Below are positions 14,296 to 29,253 of a stretch of 64,000 nucleotides of DNA, piece after piece. Position 1 is the first letter of the stretch, and each line of letters opens with the position of its first letter. The translations under genes were made by a program, and so were the position numbers. The notes beneath the pieces were generated by a model. The model saw only the letters and a list, made by a program, of their open reading frames with translations, was not told the origin of the DNA and did no database searches. This stretch comes from Yuukianura sp. NJ FZ-2021 (Eukaryota): positions 6,634,001 to 6,698,000 of the forward strand of contig CM102284.1 in the NCBI GenBank assembly GCA_046563655.1, in the 5' to 3' direction.

Positions 14296-16371
14296 ATGGC
14301 ATCGTTTACGTCTTACCAATGGACTGTTCTAGTACTGTTAGTAGTCTGCAAATTCCTGTCCACTGTGGTGTGGGCTCTGCAGGTATGAAATTGGCACAAC
14401 TTTTTGGCAAAACAGGAATTTGGAATAATTTGGCAACTTTAATTTATTTTTGAAAATTTTGAAGGCTCCATTTTATCCTGCTGAAGCTCAAAAGAAGAAT
14501 GCAAGTTTAATGGAAAGTGGAATTGTGTTGGGATCTTATGAGCTCATGGTCTTTGTTATGTGTCCCTTCATTGCTACTGTGGTAGGTCAACTTGCCTAAC
14601 AAAATTAACATTGACCTAACCTAATCATTGCTATAAAGAAATGTAATTTGGATTTTTTTACTTTTTCCAAACAGCTACCGAAATTCGGAGCTTACAGAGC
14701 TTTTCACTTTGGTTTTATTCTGTGTGCTCTGAGTACAATTTGCTTTGGGTATGTCGAATTTCTTTGCATTTAAGGAGAAAGTTTTGACTTTGAGAAAAAA
14801 AAAGCTTGTCGAAAAAAGAACCATTGACTCTTTTCGAAAATGAAATATTTTGTTAGGTTTTTGGATAAAATCAATGATCGAATACTTTTTGTTGGGTGCT
14901 CATTACTGTTACGTCTCCTGGAAGCAACCGGAAGTTCTGCAGTTTTTCTTGCAACTTACATGCTGTCTAATAGACTCTATGCCGGCTCAGTGGCAACTGT
15001 TTGTGTAAGTCCGATTTTAAAATTTCAAAATTTGGATTTTCAATTTCAATTTTTAAAGTTGATTTTGGTTTGAAATTTTAGGGGTTAATTGAATCTACAT
15101 TTGCAGTGGGAATGGCCGCTGGACCTCCTTTGGGAGGATTACTTTTTGAAGTAAACTTATACGTTTTAGCATAACTTTTTCAAAACACAGTATCACAAAT
15201 TTCGAAATTTTAACTTCTTTGGGTTTTCAGTTTGGAAGCCAATGGGATTTTGGTTTCACGACACCATTTGTCACTGTTGGTGTTTTGATGCTTTTAGTGA
15301 CAATGGTCACTTGTTGTGTCCTACCCTCTGATACAACTTTTCCCACCGAAAGTATGACGGAAATCGCCGAACCGAATTCCAAGGCGCTCGATTTCGGTTT
15401 CTTCGGACTCCTCAGAATTCCTTCAGTACTGTTATACGCATTTGCAGCAATGGCAGCAGCTTTCTGTGTTGGTTTTCTTACAAGTAAGGCCTCCAACGTA
15501 AAAACCCGAGTTTAATCAGTCGCTTAACACTGTTTTGACCTTTGACCTTTCAAAATAATTTGTACTTAGGTACATTGGAACCACATCTGAGACCATTTGG
15601 TCTCACACCTTTTATGACAGGAATGATGTTCCTGATCTACGGAGCAGTTTACGCTGCAACTGGCTTTCTCTGGTGAGATTAGGGAACAATTTTGGAAAAA
15701 TTTTAGGAAAATTTTGAAACTGATTTTTTTTGAAAAAAATTTCAGGGGAATGCTATGTGACAGAATTCAGCGTCCAGAATTCGTCACTCTGTTAGGAATG
15801 CTTCTAGCTTTGGTTTCGTTTGTTTTCCTGGGTCCAATTGCTGTCATTCCTGTGAATCGTTCTCTGACTCTCGTCGGAACAAGCTTAGCAGTGTTTGGTC
15901 TTGGCCTTGGTGGACTCTACATCTCCGTCTACTCACTCATTCTCAAGGAAGCAATGTGAGAAAAACTTAATTTTAATGAATAATTATAATATATTTTATG
16001 TTATTTTTAATTAATGGTTCCAGGCTCCACGGATTCCCAGAGTCCAGTAAAACAAGTTCCATTGTGGCTGGATTATGGATGGAAGGGATTTCACTTGGAG
16101 CCTTCCTTGGCCCTGTGTCTGGAGGGCTCCTTTGCAGCTATTTTGACTTTCCTGATGCATCACTCTTAGTCATTGTCATCCTAAGCACACTCGTAAAATT
16201 TACAAAAATACATCTTTGTTTACATTTTTACATATTTTTGAAAGTATTTTGGTATTTCAGGCGCTAATTCTACTAGTACACATTACTACAACGAAAAGTG
16301 AGATACCGTCTTGGAAGAATCAGAAAACAAAGCCTCTACCACGCTCAGATCTCCCAATTAACAAAACTTAA
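14296..16371 (+). CDS. SLC18B1: SLC18B1-like MFS transporter, paralog B; the start may lie further upstream because the frame is open from the acceptor at 14205
   Basis: Motifs FTSYQWTVL...ALQ|APFYPAEAQKK, LLRLLEATG, TLEPHLRPFG, GMLCDRI and HGFPESSKTSSIVAGLW; stop TAA at 16369-16371. Confidence 0.8.
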
Positions 16372-17972
16372 ACTAACTTATTCCTACATAACCACATTTT
16401 TAATTTTGTCAATTTTTTTTTAAATTAAACTTAATTTTACATCAATCAACGAAAATGTCAAAATTTTCGAACGAAATTCTAAAAATTCCAAGTTTCAAAA
16501 CATTTAACAACTTCTAATTCTGTTCTAAACCGCTTTTATACGAGATGTTTGAATCCTCATACGGCAAAGCGGTTTCATTCATGTAATTTTTTTTTGCACA
16601 TGATTTTCTTTAGAGCAAAGTCAAATTGATCTTGGTACTGCCAAGATTCAGATTCTCCAGAAACGTCGTAAATAAAAACAGACTCATCTTAAGACAACCA
16701 CGTGTAAATTCAGCAAGAGTTGCAAAGTTCTGAAGGAAAAGCCTCCAGAAAAAGACTTAGTAACTTGGGAAATACTTGTCCTTGCTCTGGTTGTGCCCAA
16801 CTGACCTCTTGACCTCTAGACAAGTTTTACTCTGTACGGGTGAGCTAGCAGAGCAGTAAAGGAACACCGACGCCCGTGGAGCCCTTTATGATAACACAAC
16901 GCAACTACGCCGCAATTGACTTCTGCTTTTTTAATCTTAAACACTTAGAAATTAAATGATTAAGAGTCTATTAGTTAGGTTCATCTGAGCGAATTTGCAC
17001 AAGAAACGCACAAAAGTTTGTTTGAAAACTGAATTTCGATGATTCAAAGATTTAATTTCGAACCATTTTAGTTGAAGTTGCCACATTTTTATGATCTCTG
17101 GTTCAAATTGTTGCATAATTTTCATTACTCAAAAGTTCTTGAATGTGCAATAAACCAAAATTTCAAAACTCTTGAGGTCAAAGGTCGACCGTTTTTGTTT
17201 TGTTTTGTTTTCTATCTTCAACACTTGAAAAACAAACAAGGAGGGATATTTGTGGAGCCAAAATCTTCCATTTTGTGATAATCTTGATTCTGAATCTTTT
17301 GGAAACTAACTGCGAAGCTATCTTTCTGAAAACTGCAGTTAGTTAATTTTGATTGTGCTAACTTTTGACTTTTTAATGGCCCACAGACTACTAAATTACA
17401 AAATCAGATTACTTACTCATCACCTTACAAGTGCCAAAATCTTGAGTAATACGACTAAATCTAAAAGTCTAAAAATTTATGAGATTCATCCTTGAGCTTT
17501 GACACTTTGTGGAGACGTCCTCGTAAGGAAAAAGGAACTTGATAAGGACAGATACTTACTACTCTTCTGTGTTTCAAGTTACTTAACTTTTCCAAGTTAG
17601 TTTTACAAGTTCAATTATAGAATGAGTTAGTTGTGCTTAAGTGCTAACCCAGTGCAGCACTAAATAAGAAACATCCCACAGTTGTCCTAGGCCATCATCT
17701 CCATCGCACAAAAGTTGCAGTCTGAACTTGAAATTTTGAAGAGAAAAAAGTTAACAATTCCAATTGTGAATTTGGAGCTGAGAGTTCAAGGTTTTCAGCA
17801 AAAAAGTAGAAGCGTGGACTACACGTGAAACACAATTTTGCTCAAAGTCAAGTTCAGTTTGACTTTTGAAGTGTGAAAGGAACTGAAAGTGTGAAATTTT
17901 GAATTCTAGCCAAAGAAATTCAGGTTTTATGAAAACTTTTTGTGAAATTTTGAAATTTTGAGAACCAAAAAC

Positions 17973-20728
17973 ATGCCGGAAACAGTTTTTTGGGGATATA
18001 CGAAGAAGCAGTGGAAGATCTTCGTGATTTTGGCTCTTGTCAATTTAATTGCCGGCCTCGTCTACAGCATACCGGCTCCATTTTATCCCAAAGAGGTTAC
18101 ATATAAAATTTTAAAAATTAAAATTTAAAATTAAACTTACAAAATTTTTAAAAAATTTTGAAGAAATCTTGAAAGTTGTGCAGCGGTTGAATCTTTGAAC
18201 AAGACATATTAATCTTTTTGTTTTAAATTTATTTTTGTAGGCAGAATCAAAGGGATCCAAAGCAACAGCGTATGGCTTCGTCATAGGCGTCTATGAACTC
18301 GTCAACTTCTTTGCGTCTCCCTTGTTTGGTGCCTACGTGAGTCAAATTTGTCAAAATTTTGAAGATTTCCAAAGAAAATTTTTGATAATTTTTGAAAATG
18401 GAGTACCGTGCTCTGTAATGACAAGATTTTAGGTGATGGCTCTTGTAAGGTTTAACAAGCTTTGATTTTTCAGATGGACAAGCTAGGGCCCATTAGAGTA
18501 TTTCATTTCGGAGTTATTCTGGCTGGTATCATGACAGTTGCTTTTGGGTAAAACTGATTGAACAGTTATAATAAATCAAAATATTAAATTATTAAATTTA
18601 ATATAAATATATTTCTGCAGATTTCTGCATTTTATCAATGGAGCTACTCTGTTCATCGTCATGTCCTTCTTGATACGAATTCCTCAAGCTCTAGGTGGAG
18701 CAGCCATCATCACTTCCAGTGTCACCATTGTCACTGTCGAATTTTCAGAAGCCATTGCAACCACATTTGTAAGCCACGATTTACACACAATTTTTCAAAT
18801 TTTATATGAATTGGTAAAAATTTCAAAACAATTTGCCTAATTTTAATGGAATTGAAACAGGCGGCTATTGAAACTTTCTTCGGAGTCGGTTTTTGTGTTG
18901 GTAAGATTTTAAAACCCAAGAAAAACTTTCCCTTGAGCTTTACTGTTTAGTATAACTTTATTAGTTTTGTCTCATCAGCATGCACTAGTAATAGTCAACT
19001 TCAGAATATCATAACTGCAATTAAGTTTAAGTATATTAATATTCCTACAAATTAATATTTTTATATAAGGTATATCTTCTTATTTTAATGTTTTATCCTA
19101 GGTCCCACTATTGGTGCTGCTCTTTACGATGTAAGATTTCCTTGAAAAACTATGAAAATTTAATCACAATTTTGCAAAATGGTAAATTCTTTTAAAATTT
19201 TATTTCTTAAGGTTGGTGATGGCAAATTGGGATTTCCATTGCCATTTATCATCATGGGCAGTCTGCTACTACTGGCAGTACCATTTGCACTAATGGCTCT
19301 TTGGAACCATGACTTTACACATAGGCTACACCACTTTGACTTTGACATCAGTGACACCCATACAAAGGCAGGGCTCATTTCACTACTCAAAATACCAGCA
19401 ATCAACCTCTACATCTTTGCAGTCATCAGTACTTCCATGTGCATTGGATTTCTAGCAACGGTAATCACTGGAATTAAAAATTGCAAATATTTTGGGATTT
19501 TGCAATTTCAAAATCATTTTGATTATTTTAGTTACTGGAACCGCATCTGAGACAATTCAATCTGACGCCTTTGGTTCTAGGATTAATGTATCTGCTATAC
19601 GGTGGTGTTTATGCAATTACTGCTCCACTATGGTAAGGTTACAGTTTAAAAGTTTTCGAATTTTTGTTAATTTGAAAATCATTTTTGGTTTTTAGGGGAA
19701 TGCTGTGTGATAGAATTTCGCAACCAAAGTATATTATGTTGGCTGGTGGAATCTTCAGCTTGACTGCTTGGCTGCTCATTGGCCCAGCTCCATTTATGCC
19801 ATTTCAAGCGTAAGGAAACTGTTTCCAAAAAAGACTTTTTGAAAAAAAATGCTTCACGGTTTTTGAATTTTACGTTGATGAAATTGAAATTTTTGTTTTT
19901 TAGATTGTTTTGGCTAACAGCCGTGAGTTTAGTGATCTTTGGATTGGGACTGGGAAGCATCTTTGTCAGCAGCTTCATTCTGTCTCTCAAAGCAGCCAAG
20001 TAAGTCCAAATTTTATAGCTTTCTGTAGCCGTGCCGTAGCACAATAAGTTGTAAATTTATTTTATGAAAAACTATTGAGAAATGATATAATATTAAACAT
20101 AAAACTATTACAATCATCTGTTTCCGAACTTTGTCGAGCTATTAAGTACTGATAAGGTTAGCCGAATAATTTTTGATTGGCTTTTAGGCAAAACAAATTT
20201 CCTGACAATCTGTCTACGCATGCAATGGTCAGTGGGATCTGGAGAGCGTCTGTCGCACTTGGTTCATTCATTGGTAAGCTAATTAAATACTTAACTTTAT
20301 TTTAATAAATTGTTGGCAAATGAAATTGAGAATTGACCTTTGAGTGCAAAATATAGCATGTACTATCATGTAAACAAACACCATAACTTTGATTCTTGAA
20401 TGGTCGAATTAGGTCCAAGTTTGGCAGGAGTCTTGTTTGACTTGTGGGGATTTCAGTACGAGTCACTCGTCGTCATTTCTCTACAAGCAATTCTTGTAAG
20501 TAAAAACACTTCAAAAAAAGGCGTTTTTTGAGAAATTGTTGAGAATTTTAATTTTGTTTCTGAAAACAGATTGTTGCCACCATAGTGTTCCTGATCACAG
20601 AGAGCACAACTCCCAGAACAGCTCCACGCCCTACGGTCTACGTTCCTCCGCAGGTTGAAGATCCAGATGACGAAAGAACTCCAATTTTATCCAAAGAGCA
20701 ACACAATAACTTTTCATCAATCAACTAA
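17973..20728 (+). CDS. SLC18B1: SLC18B1-like MFS transporter, paralog C (very short N-terminus)
   Basis: MPETVFWGYTKKQWKIFVIL...PAPFYPKE|AESKG, LLEPHLRQF, LIGPAPFMPF, FPDNLSTHAMVSGIW; stop TAA at 20726-20728. Confidence 0.82.
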
Positions 20729-21831
20729 ATTACTGCTACTTCTTAACTATACTTAACTAGTCAATTAGTTAAACATCTGTGCGCTTAGGTCAACCCAAAA
20801 GAACAGTGTCAAGTTCCTATTTTGGAAAAATTTGCAACTCCAACTGCTTTACAAAATTACGAAATTTCTTCACAAATGTCTTCAACTTTCTTCTAAAATC
20901 TTTTCACTCCAATCGAAACGCTGGACTTTTTTAAATTGACTTTATTCAAATAAAAAAAAATAAGTTAACTACTAATTAAAAGAATACTCACCTTGTACTT
21001 AACTAAGCTGTTAGTTTTTCAGCCAATTCAAAAGTCTATGCTACATAACATGTGACATTCAAGAAATAAATCAAACTCGTGTTTTCAAAAGTGTGATTTC
21101 AGCCAAAACCGGTTTTTAAATTGCCCAAGGGCAGGTTGACCAAACGTCAAATTCGGTTTTATGCGAAATAAAATTCTCAGTTTCTTCTGCCTCAAGATCA
21201 CAGAGACACAAGCCAACTTGTGCTTGATCAAAATGTTACAATAAGTTGTCTGGCAAACTCTTAAGTCCTATATGCACTTTCATAAGACACGTACAAAGTT
21301 GCCAATCAAGATAAAATTTTGGTTGTGAGCTTGTTTCAACAGTACAACTGTATAATTTAAACAGGAAAGCCGAAGATGGGTCCCGTCCAATCAAGTTTGA
21401 CGTCTGAAGCTGAAAGTGCGAAACAGCAAATTGCGAGACAGTTGTTGATGAGGATTAGGCTTAAATCGGATTTAGGTTTTAAAAATACAATGTTCTTCAA
21501 TGTCAAAAGACAGTTGGGCAAGGTCCTCAACTAACCTGGAAAATAAGTTCAGTTCTGGAAGCAACGCAAGCAAGAAGAACAAAGAAGTGTCGCACAACAC
21601 AACTTCTACAACTGCAATTGCGGCAAAAGTTTAACCTTCGCCAATCGAATTCGCTAACGACGTTGGTGATACAGCAGGAAGCAGGTTTGTCATTCTAAAT
21701 TCTAAACCTTAAACAAAGCTGGTACGAAACGTTGTATTAACTTTGAATTTCGAAATTTTTGACATATTTCAAATTATTTTCGTTTTGATCGGTGTTCAGA
21801 CTACAAAAAAATCATTGCTCTGGAAAGTTCA

Positions 21832-24800
21832 ATGACCTCTGAAACTGGCGGGTCACTTGAGGAGAAAATGTCACTTCCTACTCCTATACCGGCAGTGCTT
21901 GAACCTATTTCACCAAGCGCAGGGTCAATAGGTCAACGACCCCGAAGTCTTTCACCGCTCAAAATGCCTGAAAAACCGAATGACTCTAGTTCACAAGATC
22001 CAAATTTTTTGACAACACCAACCATAGGTGAAACGGAACTAGACAGAGCACAGTCTTTTTCAACTCCAGATTCAGGGTCAATCGGGGTCAGCGGTAGAAA
22101 TAGACGCTTGTCTAGTGTTCGACCAGAGGATAGGTCACGCAGGTTCTCCATTGGAATTGGTGGTGTACCGAAGAAAGGTGAAAGTTAACATCAAAAGTGC
22201 AATTAAAGTTGAAATTGTAAGTAAGTTAAAACTAAAAGTTAAAAGTTGTTTTGAAGGTTACTGGGGTGGCATGGATGACAGTGACGACAGTGACGACTCA
22301 CTTCTGGCCCAGACGTCATCAAATAAGAAACGGAGGTCACAGCCTTTCGTTTTAGGTCCAAAGCTAATGGGCTACAATAGACGGCAGTGGCTGATTCTGA
22401 TTGTACTGGCAGTAGTTGACTTCTGTTCGGCAGTACTCATTTCAATTCAAGCTCCAATTTATCCTAGTGAGGCAGCGACACTTGGTGTGACCCCGGCTAC
22501 TTACGGAACTTTGTTCGGAGTTTTCGAACTCACCATTTTCATTATGTCTCCAACATTCTTTAACTTGGTGAGCAAATTGAATTACTGATTAATCTGGATT
22601 AATTAAGTTGAGCAGCCACTGTTGATACAAGCATTGTTGTTTTTTCATTCCTGAAAAGTTAGCTCCGAAAGGTGGATATGAAGAAGATGTTTCATTTTGG
22701 AATTCTCACGACAGGGATTTCAGCTATTCTTTTTAGGTGAAAAAAATTTAAACTGTGATTTAAAAAAAAATTTGAAGTGTGAATTTCGAAAATTCTGTTT
22801 TCAGCTTTTTGGAAGATGTTGAAGTGAGATCATTGTTTCTTACTTGTTCGTTTGTATTGCGAATCGTCGAAGCAATTGGAGATGCTGCAATTTTGACTGC
22901 TGCTTATGCAATCGTTACCCTGGAATTTCCGGACTCAGTAGCTAGAACATTCGTAAGTATAAGAATTTCTTGGAATTTTTGAAAATCTGCTTTCAAAATA
23001 AGATTTTCTAAATTCTGTTCCAGACTTCTCTAGAAGCTTTCCTAGGAATTGGGTATGCAAAATTCCAAATTGTGGTAAATTTTATGCTCAATGCAATCAA
23101 TTAACAATTTTTTCATGTTTAGATTTATCGTTGGTCCTCCACTGGGTGGATTACTCTTTCAGGTGAGAAATTGTTACAGTTTATACTTAAATTTTATTCC
23201 TTAATTAATTGATTAACTAAATTTCAATTTAAAATGAAATAACAAAGACAGTTAGAATTGAAAATCGAACTAAAACGGCACTTGCATTACGTTTAGGGGA
23301 GTAAGGTCAAATAGGACGAGTCCATTCGAGTTCATTCATAGAAAGTACAACTTTACTATTTTTACGTTCATTCATTACTCATTTTACTACGTCATTTCAT
23401 TCATGAGTACATTTCTACTACGAGTTTACTACGCCCATTCATACCTGAGTGCATTTCTACTACGAGTTGTTTTATGAATGAAAGTGTGCCTGGCCTGAAA
23501 CGGCGCGAAGAAATTCAAATTAAGATTTTCATCCAATCAGATCTCGTAAATTCTCTTTGTCTACTGCCAAAAATCAAATCACATGTTTTTGTCTGGATGT
23601 TTCTGGAAAAGGTGTTAATCGATTAATATTGTTCTAATTAGTTAATTACTTTTTGTCCTTTCAGATCAATGGATTCAGACTTCCGTTTCTGGTGTTTGGA
23701 ATACTGCTGATAGCTTCATGGATGCTTTCACTGGCCATTTTGCCAAAGAAACTGAAAGATGAAGACAATCCATCAGGTGCTGTACGAAAGCCAGCGTTTT
23801 TGGTGTTACTGCAAATTCCATCAGTAGCAGTCGCTGGTTTCGCCATTTTGACGGCAACGATTAGTCTGGGGTTCCTGAATTCAACGTTATATGCTCACCT
23901 GACCCAGGTAAACAACGTTCAAAAATGAAAGTGGAAGTCGATTGCTTAGTACTTAGCCAATGATCAAATTGTTCAAATTCAGTTTAAGCTCAGTGCTCCA
24001 ACGATCGGAGGGATATTCATTTTGATTCAAGGAATGTACATTTTGTCAGCTCCAGTATGGAATGTCATCATTGATCGTGTATCAGATCCCAAGTACATTG
24101 CAATCTTGGCAACCATCCTCATCTTCGTGTCTTTCCTGTTCGTCGGCCCAGTAGGATTTTTGCAGATTGAATCGTAAGTACTAATTAGACTTGTATTCTC
24201 TTACATTCAAATGCTCTACTTCCGGCTTTTGTTTGACAGGAACCTGGAGGTGGTTTGTGCAGCTTTGGCTTTGTGTGGTATCGCACTTGGAGGAATTCTT
24301 GTCTCTGGATTTATTGTGATCATGAAGGACACACTGTGAGGAAACGCAGTTCGCATTAAGCCTTTACAATTTCTTCCATAATCTACAATGTTATTGTCAT
24401 TTTTGGCAGAGACTATGGCTTTCCTGATAACGAGGCTACATTTGGCATGAGCAGTGGTCTCTACGCTTCTATTTTTTCGTTCGGTTCTTTCATTGGCCTG
24501 ACAAGCTCAGGTGACTTGAATAATTTATATGAAAAACACTGTTTTTGGTAAACATCCGCACTTAATCATCGACCATTGTTCAATTTACAGGCATTTTGTA
24601 TGACCACATTGGCTTTAGATGGGGATGTGTTTTTCCATTGGCTCTGCATGGGCTCCTTGTAAGCTATTATTCTCACTTCTACGTAAACTAAAATCTGCCT
24701 TACACTAATGTTTTGTGGTTTAATTTGTAATAAGGTTGTGGTCATCGTTTTATACCTTTTGTGTGAACCAAAACCCGAAGTAGGTGACCAGAGTCGTCAC

Positions 24801-24941
24801 TCCTCCGCTGCATTTCAAGAAACAGATCCACTCCTTGCTCCGTCACTGGAACTAGCCAAATCTCATCAGAGTCAACAATCAGTACCTGCTCCTAAAATCT
24901 CACGTTCAAGGGCATCGACATCGTATGAAAGCTTAGCCTAA
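21832..24941 (+). CDS. SLC18B1: SLC18B1-like MFS transporter, paralog D
   Basis: GYNRRQWLILIVL...IQAPIYPSEA, LRIVEAIG, LEFPDSVA and YGFPDNEATFGMSSGL; stop at 24939-24941. Confidence 0.82.
23320..23500. repeat. Degenerate internally repetitive intronic insert, possibly a TE relic
   Basis: Repeated ttcattcat, tttactacg and gagt(a/g)catttctactacgagtt motifs in an unusually long intron of paralog D. Confidence 0.4.
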
Positions 24942-25359
24942 CTGTCAAGTCTAGCCATTTTACATCAATTAGCTTCTCTTCCTTAAAGAGTTAATCTCTT
25001 TTTCTCTAACTTAAATGTCAAGTTAGTGACTTTCAGCGCTTATTCAATTGAGAATTTTGTTTCTAACCATCTCTTGAGTCTTATACCTCTCAATAGTATC
25101 AGCTTATCACCAGTGATAAAACGACTCAGCACATGACTGTCTGTTTATGATGATTTTCCTACTTCTTTTGCTTCGTTTCTATTGTTGTTTTCCTATCATT
25201 CGAAGCTAGTAGAAGGAAACTCCGTTTTAGACAACTTTTTAATGACTTGCGACAACGTTCTCCTTCAACTCCGTTTATAAGGACAAATTAACAGAAAATA
25301 GGACAGAAAAAGTTAGTCAGGTTCGTTTAGGTTTTTGAACAACGTCAGTCAGTGTCGCG

Positions 25360-28131
25360 ATGGAAGGTGACAAAGGTGACAGCTCTGAAGAAACGACGCT
25401 TCCGGCATCATCAACAGTCACGGCTGAAGTTAAGCGACAGTCAAGCATCGAAGGATCTACTGAAATGTGGCCTCCTCTTACCGAAACCGTCGTTGCTGTA
25501 CCGGAAGATCCTGCGAAACTTTCTGCTGATTCTGAAGAAACGCCCATCCCGCCGCCCACCATAACCGTCACGGCTCAAATGCAACTGGAACCACCGGAGC
25601 CTGAGCCAGCACCAAGTACGAGCGGTGCCGTACCGAAAACGGGTTCGTCCGAAACGTCTCCCCTGTCACAAATCAATGTCGTCACGGATATCGTCAGAGC
25701 GCCTCGCGGTTCGGATGATCCGGATTCGGAAACGACAAGTTCAAGTATCACCGGAGATCGGATTGTGAAGCGACGTCGGACCGGCGTTTCCGAAGGTTCA
25801 CGAAACTTTGATGGCCTCACGAGACGACAACTGCTGAACCTGGCTGTTCTTGCGCTGAGTGACTTCGTGGGGGCGGTTTTGCTGACGAATCAAAATCCTT
25901 GGTTTCCTATTCAGGTTAGTTTAAGAATTGCTTAATTAACATATTTTAGGGCTTTGTAAAGCAGAATTTTTTGTTGTTCAGGCCAAGGAGCATGACATTT
26001 CTGTTGGACTCACCGGAACAGTTTTTGCTGCATTTGAGTTGGCTTGCTTCCTGTTTTTTCCTCTTTTTCAAGGAAAGGTAATTCGAAAAATTTGCTGAAA
26101 ACTAACTAAGTAAGTTGAACTAACTAATAATCTAATCTTCAATTTTTAGCTGCATCGCTGCTGCGTCTCGCCCCAAACGTTGTTTCACTTGGGAATATTT
26201 ACTACTTCGACTACTGTTGTTCTCTTCGCGTAAGTTTATGTGCATGACTTATCATCTCAATTAGGCGCATTTACTCAAATGCATCTAATTCAGTTGACTT
26301 TGATTTGACAGGTTCCTTGGCTATGTGAATGACTGGTCATTGTTTTTTGGATTTGCCATTGCGCTCAGATTTCTTGAAGGAATTGGACAAGCTGCTCTGA
26401 GTGAGTTCAAAATTTCAAGATCAGAAGCGAAACCAGAGAAAAACAATCAATTTTGCAAAAATTTTTTTGAATTAAGATGAATTCTCATGAATTGGTTTTG
26501 GAATTTCAGTTTCAGCGTCCTTTGCCATCATCGCTCTTGAATTTCCAACAGCCCTCAGCTCAGCATTTGTAAGTTTCATTCGCACAATTACTTACTTACG
26601 AATTAATCGAATGTTGCATTTTTAGGTCTCTTTGCAAACGTTTTTTGGGCTTGGACTCGTCGTCGGTATGTGAAGATCGGTTTTTTAAAAAACTGAATCG
26701 TTTAACGCTGGTTATGGTTTACTTGAATTTTTTTGTGCTTTAGGACCAGCATTGGGAGGAGCTTTATGGGATGCATTTCCTGTAAGTCAAAGTGTAAATG
26801 TTTATGCAATTAACACATTGTGATTGTTAATTATTTTCTCTAGTCTCCAGAACGCTTTACTTTAGTCTTTGGTGTCCTTGGTGGAGTGTCACTCCTTGTT
26901 GCTATCGTGGGACTGCTGTTCTTGCCACAGAGTCAAGGTGACCATTTGAATGAACTTGAACGGAACGGATACACGAGTGGATTCAGAGTCGTTGGTCTCC
27001 TCAAGGTCGATTCCATTCCACTCATGGGGTTTGGAGTATTCAGTACGGCTGTGAGCTTCGGATTCCTGTATGTGACCTTGTCACCACTACTTTTCGAGGT
27101 GAGGTCAACATTCTCAAAAAAGCATTAAGTTTTTAAATTAAAACTAATCTTGGCTTTGTTTTTATCAGTTTGGAATTCACCCTGTGCTGCTAGGAGGCAT
27201 CTTTCTGCTGAACGGTGGAATTGCAGCGCTTCTGGCTCCAGCGTTCTCCTGGTTGGTCCATGTGACACACAGGTCAAAGTTGCTGACAGTTTTTGGAGCA
27301 ACGCTGATTTTTGTTGGATTCTGCTTGATGGGCCCAGCCACATTTATTCCCCTGGAGAGGTATGAAATTACACAGAAACTGGGACATTACTTTGTTAATT
27401 AATCGATTACTAATTAATCTTCAGGACGCCATGGCTCATCTCCATTGGTCTGGCCGTGCAAGGTCTTGGAATTGCTGCTCTCTGTGCCTCTACGTTCAGA
27501 TTTATTTTGTACCAAGCTGTGTAAGGCTACAAAATTCATTTCCAAAAATTTAGAACAGGAATATTAAATCGTGTTTTTTTTTGTTACAGAAAATGCGGAT
27601 ATGCTGACAATGTGAAGACATACTGGCTTGTGTCGTCTCTGTGGACAATGCTGTTTTGTTCTGGTCTATTGGTTGGAACAATCTCCAGTGGATTCCTGGT
27701 TGATGAATTTGGATTTCCAGATGCTTCTTGGCTGGTGCTTGGTCTCCAAATTTTGGTGGTTAGTGTTAACATTCATGAGAACCTACACGAATCTTTGACT
27801 TCATAGAAAGATTCACCGCACCTATAACCAAAATAATTTCTATGGAATCTAGGTTGTGTTCACCTTAGTTTCAATGATAAGTCATGGAATCAAGAAATAC
27901 CAAACGAGTCCCAAACCTGGAAGCAAAACGTCCTACACTGCACTGGACACCGAATCAGAGCCACTACTTGGGGCAGCATCTCGACGCTCCAAGTTCAGCG
28001 GATTTCATCGCAAATCGGAACCACGCAAACGCGTCATTTCTGATCCCTCTTCGGAACCAAAGTTGAGTCCAATCAAGTCTTATGGTGGAATTGCCGATCC
28101 AGAAACCAATGAACCGAATGCCGAAGTGTAG
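25360..28131 (+). CDS. SLC18B1: SLC18B1-like MFS transporter, paralog E (divergent, Pro/Ser/Glu-rich N-terminus)
   Basis: GLTRRQLLNL...NQNPWFPIQ|AKE, LRFLEGIG, LEFP, LMGPATFIP and GYADNVKTYWLVSSLW; stop TAG at 28129-28131. Confidence 0.78.
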
Positions 28132-28570
28132 ATTAAGAGTAACCTGTTAAACTCAGCTTCACTTTACAACGTAAAACGTTTGTGGACGTGACAATTGACT
28201 CTCACTTGATGCGTTTTTGCACAATTAATTGTTGAAACAATCACCAGGTGAAGACAAATGCTTTAAATTATTATTCCATCCAGTAGTGATTAAGTTACAA
28301 CGAAATTAAACACATTTAGTACTCAAGTAATACGCACAATGCGCCGGTTTTATCTGGATACTTGTAAGTGTCAAATACCTCACGCCCTCACGCTCACATT
28401 GTCCCCTCATTTCCAAAAATTTTTGGATTTGCAAGTACTAACTTATCTATTTTAGTCAATTCAAGTGCTACCCACCGTTGTTCTCTTGTATTGTCTGCAC
28501 CTCGGAATGTTTTAGCAAAAGTATTTCGACCAAAGAGCGCCGCGCGGCACAGAATTTGGATTTTTTTCAA

Positions 28571-28967
28571 ATGTTTAACGAAAATTTTGAAAAAGAGGGT
28601 GATGATCATTGGGAAAGTGTGCCAATTAAGGTGACTCACAAAGTCAAAAAGTCACGAAAGAAGAGACGCTATGGTTTACATAGAAGTACATCCACCGGAA
28701 GTGCCAATCGTAAGCAGCAGCATGTCACGGTCAGTTTAGGTGATTTTGAAATTCATGCTGACATGTTGCAGCGATCACCACCGAAAAAAGCACAGATTCC
28801 AGCGATTGGTGCTGGAAGGGAGTACCAAGTGGGGTTCAAGGATTCTGGAATTTCCAGTCCGGAGCTGGAAAAACACGAAGATGCAAAATCCAGTACCAAA
28901 AAACAGTACTGTTCTCATCATCTATGTAATGAAGCCGTTCTTCACGGGAAATACCGTCAATGTCCTG
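28571..28967 (+). pseudogene. Orphan, frameshifted first exon of an SLC18B1-like paralog of the F/G type
   Basis: KVKKSRKKRR...HVTVSLGDFEI matches KVKRSRKRR...HISFSLEDYEI of paralogs F and G. STKKQ plus a frameshift near 28907 gives TVLIIYVMKPFFTGNTVNVL|gtaag, matching YTRRQWMILIVYSFTEFCSGTIISLQ|gtaa. No downstream exons of its own. Confidence 0.7.
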
Positions 28968-29253
28968 GTAAGTTCCTATTTTTCAAAACTTCATGACTTG
29001 TGTTACCATTGTCTGCAGATTCTAGCAAGGTCTGGTTCAGTTAACGCTGAAGTGTTTTCGGCATGATAACTTCTATATCTGGCATGTTCTTTGGTCTCGT
29101 AATCTTAGTTTACCATTCATCCACAGCTAAATTTGAGCCACGCATTGTTCTTTTTTTCGAAGTTAGGATTGTTTGAAACTTAGATTTGTACAGCAAAACA
29201 GTTTGAAAACGAAATTAGAGATTTCTACGGCAAAACAGTTTCAAAAATTTGAA